Virus record (IMG/VR): IMGVR_UViG_3300031972_003254
Coordinates: 1-54,777 of that record
Reading direction: 5' to 3' (one strand)
DNA: 54,777 bases
Origin: a virus
Taxonomy: Duplodnaviria > Caudoviricetes
A program made the translations under genes and the position numbers. Shown piece after piece: positions 17,017 through 26,361 of this stretch (within the stretch, counting starts at the first letter, position 1; every line of letters begins with the position of its first letter). Below the pieces are notes generated by a model. The model had not been told where the DNA came from, made no database searches, and was given only the letters and a program-made list of their open reading frames with translations.

Positions 17017-19443
17017 ATGGACCAGACCGCATCGACCGCCCTTGTCATCATCGACGACGACGACGAGGACGCCGGCCGCAAGGAGTGGGAGAAGCTCCAG
17101 CATGCGATGGGGCTGGTCATGTCCGAGCTATCGCAGCTTGCGACCGAGGCCGTGCAGCGCCGCGGCGGAACCGAACAGCGCTGGCTGGAAGACCTGCGGC
17201 AGTTCCACGGCATCTACGAGGCGGACGTGCTTTCCGCGTTGAAGGACGACGACAGCCGCAGCCGGATATTCATCAACATCACGCGGCCCAAGACGAACGC
17301 ATGGATCGCGCGCATGGGCGACATGCTGTTCCCCAACGACGAACGCAATTGGGGCATCGACCCGACGCCCGTGCCGCAGCTTACCCGGCAGGCCCGCGAC
17401 CTCGCGCATGAAGCCGAGGAGATGGAGCGGCAAGCGCAGGGGCTGGTCGACGAGCACAACGCCAGCGTTAACGAGGCGGGCGGTCCCATCGAGAGCGATG
17501 CACCCGGCCAGGCGCAGCAGCTACTCACCAATGCGAAGGCGCTGCGCGATCAGGAACGGAAGCAGCAGGCCGAGATCGAGTACGCGCGGCGCGCCTCGCA
17601 GGCCATGCAGCGCCTGATCGACGACCAGCTTACCGAGAGCAATTATCCGGCCCGCTGCCGCGACGTCATCGAGGACCTGTGCAAGGTCGGGACAGGCATC
17701 CTCAAGGGGCCTATCGTCAACGACCGTCCGAGGCGGGGGTGGACGCCCGTCGTCGTCGACGGGAAGGTGTCGCGGACACAGTACGAACTCAAGGCAGACG
17801 ACGACCGCACCCCGAAGTTCCGGCGCGTCGATTACTGGCACTTCTTCCCCGACCCGTCGGCGTCGAACATGGAGGAGTGCGAATACACCTTCGAGCGACA
17901 CCTTCCCAACAAGAAGATGCTCCGCCGCATGGCGCGCGACATGGATTTCTATCCGCACGCCGTGGCCCGGCTCATCAAGGAAGGGGTGAGCGCGCAGGGC
18001 GCGTCGGGAGACCCAAGCCTCAATTACGTCGCGGAACTGCAGGCGATGGAATCGGCCGGTGGCACGGCGGACGGCGTCAGCCTCCTGCGCGACCGCTACC
18101 ACCTGTGGGAGTACCACGGGCCGCTCGAGGCCGAGCACATCGTCATCATGCTGCGCGCCAACGGCAAGTTCAAGGAAGCCGAGCGCATCGAGAAGGGCAC
18201 CGCGCTCGAAGTGCCCATGGTCCGCGTGTTCTTCTGCGGCACCACGCTCCTCAAGATCGACCCGGACTACATCCTCGACAGCGGCGCGTCGCTCTACTCG
18301 GTCGCTACCTTCGAGAAGGGCGAGGCCACGATCCTCGGCGGCATTGGCGTGCCGCGCCTGATGCGCCACGAGCAGACGATGCTCAATTCGGCCATCCGCA
18401 TGATGATGGACAACGCCGCGCTTGCCGTGGGGCCGCAGGTCGTCATCGACAAGGAATCGGTAGCGCCGGAGAACGGTCGCTGGAAACTGACCCCGCGCAA
18501 GGTGTGGCAGTGGGTGCGCAAGGCCGGGGGCGATCAGCGCAAGGAGAACCCCTTCCAGACCTTCGACATCCCGATGAACCAGGAGATGCTGGCGGCCATC
18601 GTGCAGCTTGCCGTCCGGTTCGTCGACGAGGCCGTCGCCATGCCGCTCATCGCGCAGGGCGAGATGGGCGCACACACCACGCAGACCGCCGGCGGCATGT
18701 CGATGCTGTTCAACTCGGCCAACGTCGTCTTCCGCCGCGTCGTCAAGAATTGGGACGACGACCTCACGACCGGTACGGTCAGCCGCGTCTACGACTTCAA
18801 CATGCAGTTCTCCGAACGCGAGGACGTCAAGGGCGACATGAAGGTCGAGGCGCGCGGCACGTCGGTTCTGCTCGTGCGCGAGATCCAGACCGAGCAGCTC
18901 ATGGCCATCATCCGCGAATGGTCCGTGCACCCCATCCTCGGCGTCGGCTTCCGCGCCTACCACGCGATGCGGCTGGTGCTGCAGGCGATGTCGATCAACC
19001 CCGAAGACCTGCTGCTGCCCGAGGAAGACTACCTGCAGAAGCTCAAGGCGATGAGCGAGCAGAGCGCGCCGGACAGCCCTGAGGCGATCCGGGCGCAGTC
19101 GGCACTGGAAGTGGCGCAGATCGACGCGAAGAGCCGTCTCGACGTCGCCGGGGTCAACATGCAGATCGCCCAGCTACGGGCGCAGCAGGCCATGGCCGAA
19201 CTGGCGTCCAATCGGGAAATCTCGCTCGAGCAGATCAACGCCATGTTCAAGAAAGGCGTGTTCGACGTCAGCGCTAAGGCCGGGATCGAGAAAGAGAAGA
19301 TCGCCAGTTCCGAGCGCTCGCTGGCAGCGGAGATCGCCATGGAGCGCGAGGCGGCGCGCCGCGCCGAGGCTCGCGGCCTCGAGCCTACCGGTTCGGGCGG
19401 TGCGATCAGCATGGGCGCGCGCGAGCCCGGATCGCCGCAATGA
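17017..19443 (+). CDS. Portal protein (P22-like podoviral type)
   Basis: 808 aa after terL; RWLEDLRQFHG, INITRPKT, DDQLTE, GTGILKGP, C-terminal helical barrel. Confidence 0.88.
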   Translation: MDQTASTALVIIDDDDEDAGRKEWEKLQHAMGLVMSELSQLATEAVQRRGGTEQRWLEDLRQFHGIYEADVLSALKDDDSRSRIFINITRPKTNAWIARMGDMLFPNDERNWGIDPTPVPQLTRQARDLAHEAEEMERQAQGLVDEHNASVNEAGGPIESDAPGQAQQLLTNAKALRDQERKQQAEIEYARRASQAMQRLIDDQLTESNYPARCRDVIEDLCKVGTGILKGPIVNDRPRRGWTPVVVDGKVSRTQYELKADDDRTPKFRRVDYWHFFPDPSASNMEECEYTFERHLPNKKMLRRMARDMDFYPHAVARLIKEGVSAQGASGDPSLNYVAELQAMESAGGTADGVSLLRDRYHLWEYHGPLEAEHIVIMLRANGKFKEAERIEKGTALEVPMVRVFFCGTTLLKIDPDYILDSGASLYSVATFEKGEATILGGIGVPRLMRHEQTMLNSAIRMMMDNAALAVGPQVVIDKESVAPENGRWKLTPRKVWQWVRKAGGDQRKENPFQTFDIPMNQEMLAAIVQLAVRFVDEAVAMPLIAQGEMGAHTTQTAGGMSMLFNSANVVFRRVVKNWDDDLTTGTVSRVYDFNMQFSEREDVKGDMKVEARGTSVLLVREIQTEQLMAIIREWSVHPILGVGFRAYHAMRLVLQAMSINPEDLLLPEEDYLQKLKAMSEQSAPDSPEAIRAQSALEVAQIDAKSRLDVAGVNMQIAQLRAQQAMAELASNREISLEQINAMFKKGVFDVSAKAGIEKEKIASSERSLAAEIAMEREAARRAEARGLEPTGSGGAISMGAREPGSPQ

Positions 19444-19643
19444 GCGCATATCGCCCATGGTCCGAGGTGAAGCGGCACGCCATGTCGCAGCGCGCGGAGC
19501 TGCTCGAAAGCCTCGTCACCGCTAAGCCGGATGACGTTCTGGCGATCCAGACACGCATCCAGACCATCGACCAGTTCGTCGCCTGGTTCGAATCCGCACC
19601 CGGAGACACGACGATCGGCAGCGCCGAAGTCTCCGGATACTGA
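19440..19643 (+). CDS. Small protein following portal
   Basis: ATGA coupling; IQTRIQTIDQF helix. Confidence 0.7.
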   Translation: MSAYRPWSEVKRHAMSQRAELLESLVTAKPDDVLAIQTRIQTIDQFVAWFESAPGDTTIGSAEVSGY

Positions 19644-19663
19644 CCCCCCGAAACGAAAGGATA

Positions 19664-20656
19664 TTGACTGTGAGCGCCAACGGAGTGCAAAATGCGTCTC
19701 AACCCGACAACGCCGATGCGTCGCCGTCGTCGGATGAGGACTTCGATGCCGCCGTCGCGGAGTTTTCGGGGGACCAGTCGGAACCGGACCTTTCCGCCGC
19801 CGACACGTCCGACCCGAAAGAGCCGCTCCCCGGAGCCAGCGAAAGTCCCGCCCCGGCTGATGCTGCGGCGTCCAAGGAGCCAACCGCTGGCGCAGGCGCG
19901 CCCCCGGATCAGGCAAAACCCCAAGACGACATCTGGGCAAATGCAGACCCGGCACTGCGCAAGGCCCACGAAGATGCCATTCGAGATGCAAACCTGCGTT
20001 TCGAGGGTGCCCGTGGGAGGCAGTCGGCAAGTGACAGGGAGTTGCAGAGGCTCCGTGCACAACTTGCCGAACGCGACAGGCAGCAGGCCGGGGCCGGAGC
20101 CGGAACGGGGCAGCCGCAGGGCCAGGGCGGGCAGACGGCAGACGAGCCGGAAGTCGCCGAACACCTGAAGCAGCTTCGCGAAGAATATCCGGAAGTCGCG
20201 GGACCGCTTCTCGACGAGATGGCGCGCCTTCGAGGCACCATTTCACAGCTTCAGGCTCCGGTCGGAGCCATGCAGCAGCGGGAGGCACAGGCTCACTATC
20301 AGGCGCAGGAAAATCGCCTGACCGAGCTTCACCCCGATTGGCAGGCGACGGCCCAGGATGACCGGTTCGGCGGATGGCTGGCGACCCAGCCCCAGGCGAT
20401 CCGGGAAGCGATGGAGCGCAACTTCAACGCCATCGTCGACGGGCATGAGGCGGCACTCGTGATCGGCAAGTTCAAGGCCGATCTCGGCATCGGCGCTAAA
20501 CCGTCTGAGCCTGATGCAGGAGCCATCGAAGCCCAGGACCGACGCCAGCGGCAACTCGCAGCAGGCCGGGACACGGGACGGACAGGCCCCTCAGTGACCA
20601 CCGGAGTTCCAGACGACTTCGATGCGGCCGTCGATGCCTTCATGCCGAAGGGCTGA
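19664..20656 (+). CDS. Probable capsid scaffolding protein
   Basis: Acidic/disordered N-terminus, coiled coil, HPDW..FGGWLATQP; directly upstream of MCP. Confidence 0.78.
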   Translation: MTVSANGVQNASQPDNADASPSSDEDFDAAVAEFSGDQSEPDLSAADTSDPKEPLPGASESPAPADAAASKEPTAGAGAPPDQAKPQDDIWANADPALRKAHEDAIRDANLRFEGARGRQSASDRELQRLRAQLAERDRQQAGAGAGTGQPQGQGGQTADEPEVAEHLKQLREEYPEVAGPLLDEMARLRGTISQLQAPVGAMQQREAQAHYQAQENRLTELHPDWQATAQDDRFGGWLATQPQAIREAMERNFNAIVDGHEAALVIGKFKADLGIGAKPSEPDAGAIEAQDRRQRQLAAGRDTGRTGPSVTTGVPDDFDAAVDAFMPKG

Positions 20657-20736
20657 CGAGGATCAACGGGACGGCCGCCGGTTGAGACGGGGCGCTTGAG
20701 GCATTGCCGGGCGCCCCCATCGGGGGGTCAAGTCCC

Positions 20737-21753
20737 ATGGCAATTACCCAATACGGCGACATCAGCCCGCGCACGGCGGCCTACGCCTACACCGAAATGC
20801 TCAAGCACGTCGAACCCGTGCTCGTGCTTTCCCGTTTCGGCCAGCTCAAGCCGCTGCCGAAGAACAAGAGCCAGACCATCAAGTTCCGCCGCGCGGTGCC
20901 TTATGCACCCGTGACCGCGCCGCTGCAGGAAGGCGTCACGCCGTCCGTGTCCGGCACCTCGTTCGAGGACGTGAGCGTCACCGTCCAGCAGTGGGGCGAT
21001 GTGCACGGCCTGACCGACGTGGTCGAGGACACCCACGAGGACCCCGTCCTCAAGGTGATGATGCAGCTTACCGGCGAGCAGGCGGCGGCGACGACCGAGC
21101 AGGTCGTCTACAACGTCGTGAAGGGCGGCACCTCGGTCTACTACGCCAACGGTGCCTCGCGCTCGGCGGTGAACACCGCGATCAGCCTCAACAAGCAGCG
21201 TGCGGTTGTCCGCGCCCTGCAGCGCGCCAAGGCGAAGCAGATCACTTCGGTGCTCGGCCCCTCGCCCAACATCGGCACCTCGGCGGTCGAGGCGGCTTAC
21301 GTCGCCATCGGTCACACCGACATCGGTCCCGACGTTCGCAACATGACCGGCTTCGTGCCGGTTGCGAAGTACGGCTCGATGAAGCCCATCTGCCCCGAGG
21401 AAGTCGGTGCGGTCGAGAACGTGCGTTACATCCTGACGCCGGACCTCGAACCCTGGGCGAACGCGGGCGGCGCTTACGGCGGCACGGTGCTCTCCACCGG
21501 CGGCGTCAGCGCGGATGTCTATCCGGTGCTGTTCTTCGGCCAGGACGCCTTTGGCCTCACCCCGCTCAAGAACCAGAAGACGAAGGAAGGCAACAACCTC
21601 GCGGTGATGCCGATCGTCATCAACCCCAACCAGCCTTCCGCCTCCGACCCGCTGGGTCAGCGCGGCTTCGTCGGCTGGAAGGCGTGGTTTGCCGCGGTGC
21701 GTCTCAACGAGACGTGGATGGCTCGCCTCGAAGTCGCGGCTTCGGCCCTCTGA
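20737..21753 (+). CDS. Major capsid protein, N4-gp56 family
   Basis: YGDISPRTA, LPKNKSQTIKFRR, LQEGVTP, DVYPVLFFGQDAFG, SDPLGQRGFVGWK. Confidence 0.93.
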   Translation: MAITQYGDISPRTAAYAYTEMLKHVEPVLVLSRFGQLKPLPKNKSQTIKFRRAVPYAPVTAPLQEGVTPSVSGTSFEDVSVTVQQWGDVHGLTDVVEDTHEDPVLKVMMQLTGEQAAATTEQVVYNVVKGGTSVYYANGASRSAVNTAISLNKQRAVVRALQRAKAKQITSVLGPSPNIGTSAVEAAYVAIGHTDIGPDVRNMTGFVPVAKYGSMKPICPEEVGAVENVRYILTPDLEPWANAGGAYGGTVLSTGGVSADVYPVLFFGQDAFGLTPLKNQKTKEGNNLAVMPIVINPNQPSASDPLGQRGFVGWKAWFAAVRLNETWMARLEVAASAL

Positions 21754-21760
21754 TCGTGAC

Positions 21761-21785
21761 GGGGAGGCGCTGCGGCGTCCTCCCC
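21761..21785 (+). terminator. GC hairpin after MCP
   Basis: GGGGAGG...CCTCCCC stem; no U tract. Confidence 0.4.
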
Positions 21786-21818
21786 TGATCGGCAATCAAG
21801 CAGAAGGAACAAGAGATC

Positions 21819-22160
21819 ATGGCAAGCAACGTCAAGATCGGCACGTTTACCGGCACCGGAGCCGCCATCAACATCGAACTCGGCTGGATCCCGGAGCACG
21901 TCGAGATCGTCAACGTCACCGACGGCGACGACAAGTGGGAATGGTATAGCTCCATGCCCGCCGCATCGGCGATCTACCACCGCGCGGTCACAGACAACGC
22001 GACCAGCGGCAACGCATCGATGGCGAAGATCACGGCCAACGGTGTCAGCGCCTACAGCCCGACGAACCTGTCCAGCAAGAAGGGCTTCACCGTCGGTTCG
22101 GCGCTTTCGGAAAGCGCGAAGGTCTTTGCCTACAAGGCCACACGCAGCGCCGAATACTGA
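21819..22160 (+). CDS. Probable capsid decoration / virion protein
   Basis: GTFTGTGAAINIELGWIPEHVEIVN, beta-rich, after MCP. Confidence 0.7.
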   Translation: MASNVKIGTFTGTGAAINIELGWIPEHVEIVNVTDGDDKWEWYSSMPAASAIYHRAVTDNATSGNASMAKITANGVSAYSPTNLSSKKGFTVGSALSESAKVFAYKATRSAEY

Positions 22161-22216
22161 TCCACCCATGGCGACGCCGGGGCTTCGTTTCCGGCGTCGC
22201 AGCCATGGAGGCTGTG

Positions 22217-22429
22217 ATGTCGAAGTCCAAAGACCCGTTCACCAACCAGGCACTGATTGCCTGCATCGTGGAAGCCCCGGAAGGCGCGACCCCCTGCGAG
22301 GCTACCCCGCCGATCCGGGTGAACGACCACCCCTACCACTACAAGTTCGGCGAAGCGGTCCACTGGCCGCAGGCGGCGATCAGCGCCGCGCGCGATGCGG
22401 GACTGACCGTCACTCTCGTCGAAGACTGA
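22217..22429 (+). CDS. Small head-associated protein (paralog 1)
   Basis: RBS GGAGG; PIRVNDHPYHYKFGEAVHWP motif. Confidence 0.65.
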   Translation: MSKSKDPFTNQALIACIVEAPEGATPCEATPPIRVNDHPYHYKFGEAVHWPQAAISAARDAGLTVTLVED

Positions 22430-22487
22430 ACCCAGGGCGCGCCCGGCACCGAACGGGCGCGCATCCTGAAACCCCCGGAGAAATTCC

Positions 22488-22931
22488 ATGACCAATCGCA
22501 CCTGCACGATCCTTCGCCCCGCTGGAACCGGCCCGCTCGAAGCGGTTCGTCCGATCAGCATCAACGGTAAGGCCTACCCTTACGAGTACGGCAAGCCTCT
22601 CGAACTGCCCGAGGATGTGATCGAGGTTGCCCGTGAAGCAGGTCTGGAAGTCGCAATCCACGAGGATTCGCCCGTCGGCTCCGGAAGCGCCGACGAGAGC
22701 GACGCTGCCGCCGGGAGCGGAGCGCCGGGGGGTGAGAACCCCGGCGGCAGCGACACCTTCGATGCCGATGCGATCATCACGGGCACCGTCCCCGAGGTCG
22801 AGGAGCGCCTTGAGGGCCTGACGCTGGAACAGCTCGAACTCGTCGCGAAGGCCGAGATCGACCGCGAGCAGCCGCGCGTCGGCGTCAGGGAAGCCATCGC
22901 CCGCGCCAAGTCCGCCTTCACCGGCGAGTGA
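22488..22931 (+). CDS. Head-associated protein (paralog 2) with C-terminal helical domain
   Basis: PISINGKAYPYEYGKPLELP; TVPEVEERL...AEIDREQPRVGVREAI. Confidence 0.7.
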   Translation: MTNRTCTILRPAGTGPLEAVRPISINGKAYPYEYGKPLELPEDVIEVAREAGLEVAIHEDSPVGSGSADESDAAAGSGAPGGENPGGSDTFDADAIITGTVPEVEERLEGLTLEQLELVAKAEIDREQPRVGVREAIARAKSAFTGE

Positions 22932-22963
22932 TCCCATTCACCACCCCCTGACAGGAGCCAACC

Positions 22964-23602
22964 ATGGAAGACATCAAGCCCGAGCGCATTCCGCTGGCGG
23001 ACGCGGACATGCCGACGCTCAAGCACTTCGCCGAAACCCTTCTCGGCATCGAGGTCAAGACCGGCACGAACGCCGCGCAGCTTCGCGGTAAGATCAGTGC
23101 CGCAGCGCCCGAACTGAAGGACGTGCCCGCCCTGCCCAAGCCGCCGGAACCGATGGTCATGGCAGCACCGCCGCCTGCTCCCGCACCCGCCGAATATGTT
23201 CCGGTCGAAGGGGAGAACCCTGCGCTGCGCCCGGCGGCGATCAGCCGCCCCGCATCGCAGGCGCTGATGCACCCGAACCTCGACCCGAAGGTGCGGATCA
23301 AAATTCACAAGACGGACGACAAGCGCCGCTCGAAGGAAGTTACGGTCTCGGTCAACGGGGCCGTCTGGCGGATGCAGCGCGGCGTCGAGATCGACGTGCC
23401 GTACCGCGTCTATCTGGCGCTCGATAACGCAAAGGAGAAGGCGGCGGTCGAAACCGACGACCTGAACCCGGTGACGAAGGAGCCCATCATGGGTTGGGAG
23501 GAAATCCATTCCTACCCGTTCACCGTGCGGCAAATGCCGAGCGACGAAGAGATCGACGCCTGGGAGATCGCGACCGGCTCCGGCTTCGCGGTTGCGGCCT
23601 GA
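22964..23602 (+). CDS. Conserved head-module protein (paralog 3)
   Basis: VTVSVNGAVWRMQRGVEIDVPYRVYLALDNA...SYPF; RBS AGGAG. Confidence 0.75.
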   Translation: MEDIKPERIPLADADMPTLKHFAETLLGIEVKTGTNAAQLRGKISAAAPELKDVPALPKPPEPMVMAAPPPAPAPAEYVPVEGENPALRPAAISRPASQALMHPNLDPKVRIKIHKTDDKRRSKEVTVSVNGAVWRMQRGVEIDVPYRVYLALDNAKEKAAVETDDLNPVTKEPIMGWEEIHSYPFTVRQMPSDEEIDAWEIATGSGFAVAA

Positions 23603-23617
23603 CGAAAGCCCTTCGGC

Positions 23618-24298
23618 ATGTCGACGTTCCTCGAACTGGTCAACGCCGTCGAGCGCGAAAGCGGCACCGTGTCCAAGTCCCAGCGGCTTGCCACGGTTGC
23701 CGGCGCGCCCGGCCGGCAGGAGAAGATCGTCGAGTGGACATCGACCGCGTGGATGCAGATCCAGCGCGCGCGGCCGGACTGGGCGTTCATGCGCGCCGAA
23801 GCGAGCCATGAGCTTACCGTGGGGCAGGCGCGTTATGCCGCCGCAGACCTCGGCGTGACCGATTTTGCCGGGTGGAGGCGTGAAGCGGACGGGGCGACGC
23901 CGTTCTCGATCTACGATCCGGCATACGGGCGCGCGGACGAGAACAGGCTTCACACCGTTCCCTTCGCGCATTGGCGGGACACCTACGACATTGGTGTCCA
24001 CGACGCCCTGCGGCCCAGCGCGGTCGCGGTCGACGATCAGCGCCGCCTGTGCCTCGGGCCGACACCCGACAAGGCATATATCCTGCGCTTCGGGTACCGC
24101 CGCTCGATCCAGCGCCTGACCGACGACGACGACGTGCCGGTGATGCCCGACGACCATCACGAGGCGATTGTCTGGCTCGCGATCACGCTGCTTGCCGAGC
24201 ACGACGAGGCTGGCTTCCAGGCCGGTGCCGCGATGATCCGCTACCGCGACGCCTACTCCGCCATGGTCCGCGACCTGACGCCGGAGATCGAGCTTTGA
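23618..24298 (+). CDS. Head-tail adaptor protein
   Basis: MSTFLELVN, AWMQIQ..DWAFM, LGPTPD, DVPVMPDDHHEAIVW. Confidence 0.8.
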   Translation: MSTFLELVNAVERESGTVSKSQRLATVAGAPGRQEKIVEWTSTAWMQIQRARPDWAFMRAEASHELTVGQARYAAADLGVTDFAGWRREADGATPFSIYDPAYGRADENRLHTVPFAHWRDTYDIGVHDALRPSAVAVDDQRRLCLGPTPDKAYILRFGYRRSIQRLTDDDDVPVMPDDHHEAIVWLAITLLAEHDEAGFQAGAAMIRYRDAYSAMVRDLTPEIEL

Positions 24299-26361
24299 GC
24301 CAGAAGATCGACACCTTCGCTCTCGTCGGCGGCCTCGACACCAGCAGTCCGGCGCTGGCCACACCTCCCGAATCCCTCATCTTCGGCACGAACTACGAAC
24401 CGCTGGCCGAAGGGTACGGACGCGTGGATGGTTACGAGCGCTTCGACGGGACGACCGCACCGTCGGCGGCTGTATTCTGGCGCTTGCAGTTCGAGACGGG
24501 CACCGAAGCCATGGCGTCCGGGCAGACGCTGAACGGTCAGAGCAGCGGCGCGACCGGTGTGCTGCTCGTCGACCCCGTTCTGACGTCCGGCGCTTGGGCC
24601 GACAACGACGCTGCGGGCTATCTCGTGCTCGTGGCGGTTTCAGGCGCGTTCATCCCCGGCGAGCAGCTTGCGGTTGGCGCGCTGCCGACAGCGCTGGCGG
24701 CCGGCCTCGCGAACGAAGGCGAGGCGGATGACGAAGTGTCCGCGACGGGCTGGCTTGAGGCCGCGCAGGCATTCCGCCGGGCTCAGATTGCTCAGGTTCC
24801 CGGCTCGGGGCCGGTTCGCGGTGCCGCTGTGCACCTCGGATCGGTCTACGCATGGCGAGACAATTCGGCAGGAACGGCGCTGCTTGGCTACCGGGCAACG
24901 GCAAACTCGTGGCAGGCCCTCGCCAATTCCTCGCGGCTGACGTTCTCTGCCGGGTCCGGAGGGTTCGCCGAGGGCGATGTCATCAATGGAGGCACGTCGG
25001 GAGCGCAGGCCACCGTTATTCGCATCGTCGAGGACACTGGTTCGTGGGACGATGGCTCTGCGGCGGGCAAGGTCCACCTGATCGGGATCGCCGGGGCTTT
25101 CGCAGACGGGGAAGCGCTGCGTGTCGGAACCGACGTTATCGCTACCGCAGGCACGATGACCGATAACACCTTCGCGCCCGGCGGCAGGGTGCGCTGGATC
25201 GGCCACAACTTCTACGGTGCGAGCAATCGCTACCGGCTCTACGGCGCGACCGGCGCTGCCAACGGCTTCGAGCTGGTCTCCGGATCAATGGTCCCCATCG
25301 AGACCGGGATGGTGCCCGATACGCCGCAGCGCGTGTTCGAGGTGGGCAACGGCCTCGGCTTCACCTTCGCGGGAGGTTCGGTGCAGGTCTCGCAGCCCGG
25401 CGAGCCGCTTTCGTGGCAGGTCATCCTGGGCGCGGGCGAGATTGGCATCGGCACCGAGATCACAAACGTCGTGCAGGCGAACGAAACGACCGTCGCCTTC
25501 TTCGGCGCGCAGAAGATCGCGATCCTGCAGGGCCATGACATCGACGACTTTGTGCTCGACACGCTGACCGAAGAGGCTGGCGCCGAGCCGGACACGGCGC
25601 AGCGCATCGCGCGGACCGTCTACCTCGACCTTCGCGGCATGCGCAGCCTCGATGCGACGCAGGCGTTCGGAAACTTCAAAACCGGCACGCTTTCCGAGCA
25701 CTTCGAGGGGTTCTTCAAGGGGCGGCGCAAAGCGGGCAATAAGCCCGTCGGCAGCCTCGTCTCGCGAGCCAAGTCGCAGTACCGGGTCTACTACGCAGAC
25801 GGTACCGGGCTCTCGGTCTACATGGGCAGCAAGAAGCCGCAAGCGATCCCTTTTTCGTTCGGCTTCGTGCCGTTCTCGTTCGGCCAGGGCGAACTGAATG
25901 ACGGGGAAGCGCTGCTTGTCGGCGCGGAGGATGGGTACGTCTACCGGCTCGATTCCGGCACCAGCTTCGATGGCGAGGCGATCAGCGCGGTCGCCGTCCT
26001 TCCCTTCAACCACTTCAAGTCCGCGATGCAGGACAAGCGGTTCCACAAGGTGTCGGTCGAGATGAAGGGGCCGCCCAGCGCCCGTATCGGCATCACCGTG
26101 CAGTTCAACTACGGCGAGGACGATCAGCCCATCGACAGCGGCGGCGAGTTCACCGTGCGCGGCGGCGGCGGCTTCTGGGATCAGGCGACCTGGGACGACT
26201 TCTACTGGTCCGCCCCAATTTCAGGTGTCGCAGAGTGCTACGTCGACGGCCAGGGCCGGAACGCCAGCTTCACCTTCGTCTCGGCAGGCGGCGCGACTGA
26301 AGCGCCGCACGTCCTGCAAGCCTACTCGGTCCACCACTCGGCGCGAAAGGTGCGGCGATGA
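24295..26361 (+). CDS. Tail nozzle / head-closure (beta-propeller) protein
   Basis: TTG start overlapping upstream stop; GGLDTSSP...NYEP...GYGRVDGYERFDG; YRLDSGTSFDG; WDQATWDDFYW. Confidence 0.78.
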   Translation: MSQKIDTFALVGGLDTSSPALATPPESLIFGTNYEPLAEGYGRVDGYERFDGTTAPSAAVFWRLQFETGTEAMASGQTLNGQSSGATGVLLVDPVLTSGAWADNDAAGYLVLVAVSGAFIPGEQLAVGALPTALAAGLANEGEADDEVSATGWLEAAQAFRRAQIAQVPGSGPVRGAAVHLGSVYAWRDNSAGTALLGYRATANSWQALANSSRLTFSAGSGGFAEGDVINGGTSGAQATVIRIVEDTGSWDDGSAAGKVHLIGIAGAFADGEALRVGTDVIATAGTMTDNTFAPGGRVRWIGHNFYGASNRYRLYGATGAANGFELVSGSMVPIETGMVPDTPQRVFEVGNGLGFTFAGGSVQVSQPGEPLSWQVILGAGEIGIGTEITNVVQANETTVAFFGAQKIAILQGHDIDDFVLDTLTEEAGAEPDTAQRIARTVYLDLRGMRSLDATQAFGNFKTGTLSEHFEGFFKGRRKAGNKPVGSLVSRAKSQYRVYYADGTGLSVYMGSKKPQAIPFSFGFVPFSFGQGELNDGEALLVGAEDGYVYRLDSGTSFDGEAISAVAVLPFNHFKSAMQDKRFHKVSVEMKGPPSARIGITVQFNYGEDDQPIDSGGEFTVRGGGGFWDQATWDDFYWSAPISGVAECYVDGQGRNASFTFVSAGGATEAPHVLQAYSVHHSARKVRR

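Noticed and set aside
20653-20700. CTGACGA hammerhead-like cores here and at ~23599
   Set aside because: No stem II followed by GAAA and no closing stems; these are stop-codon contexts
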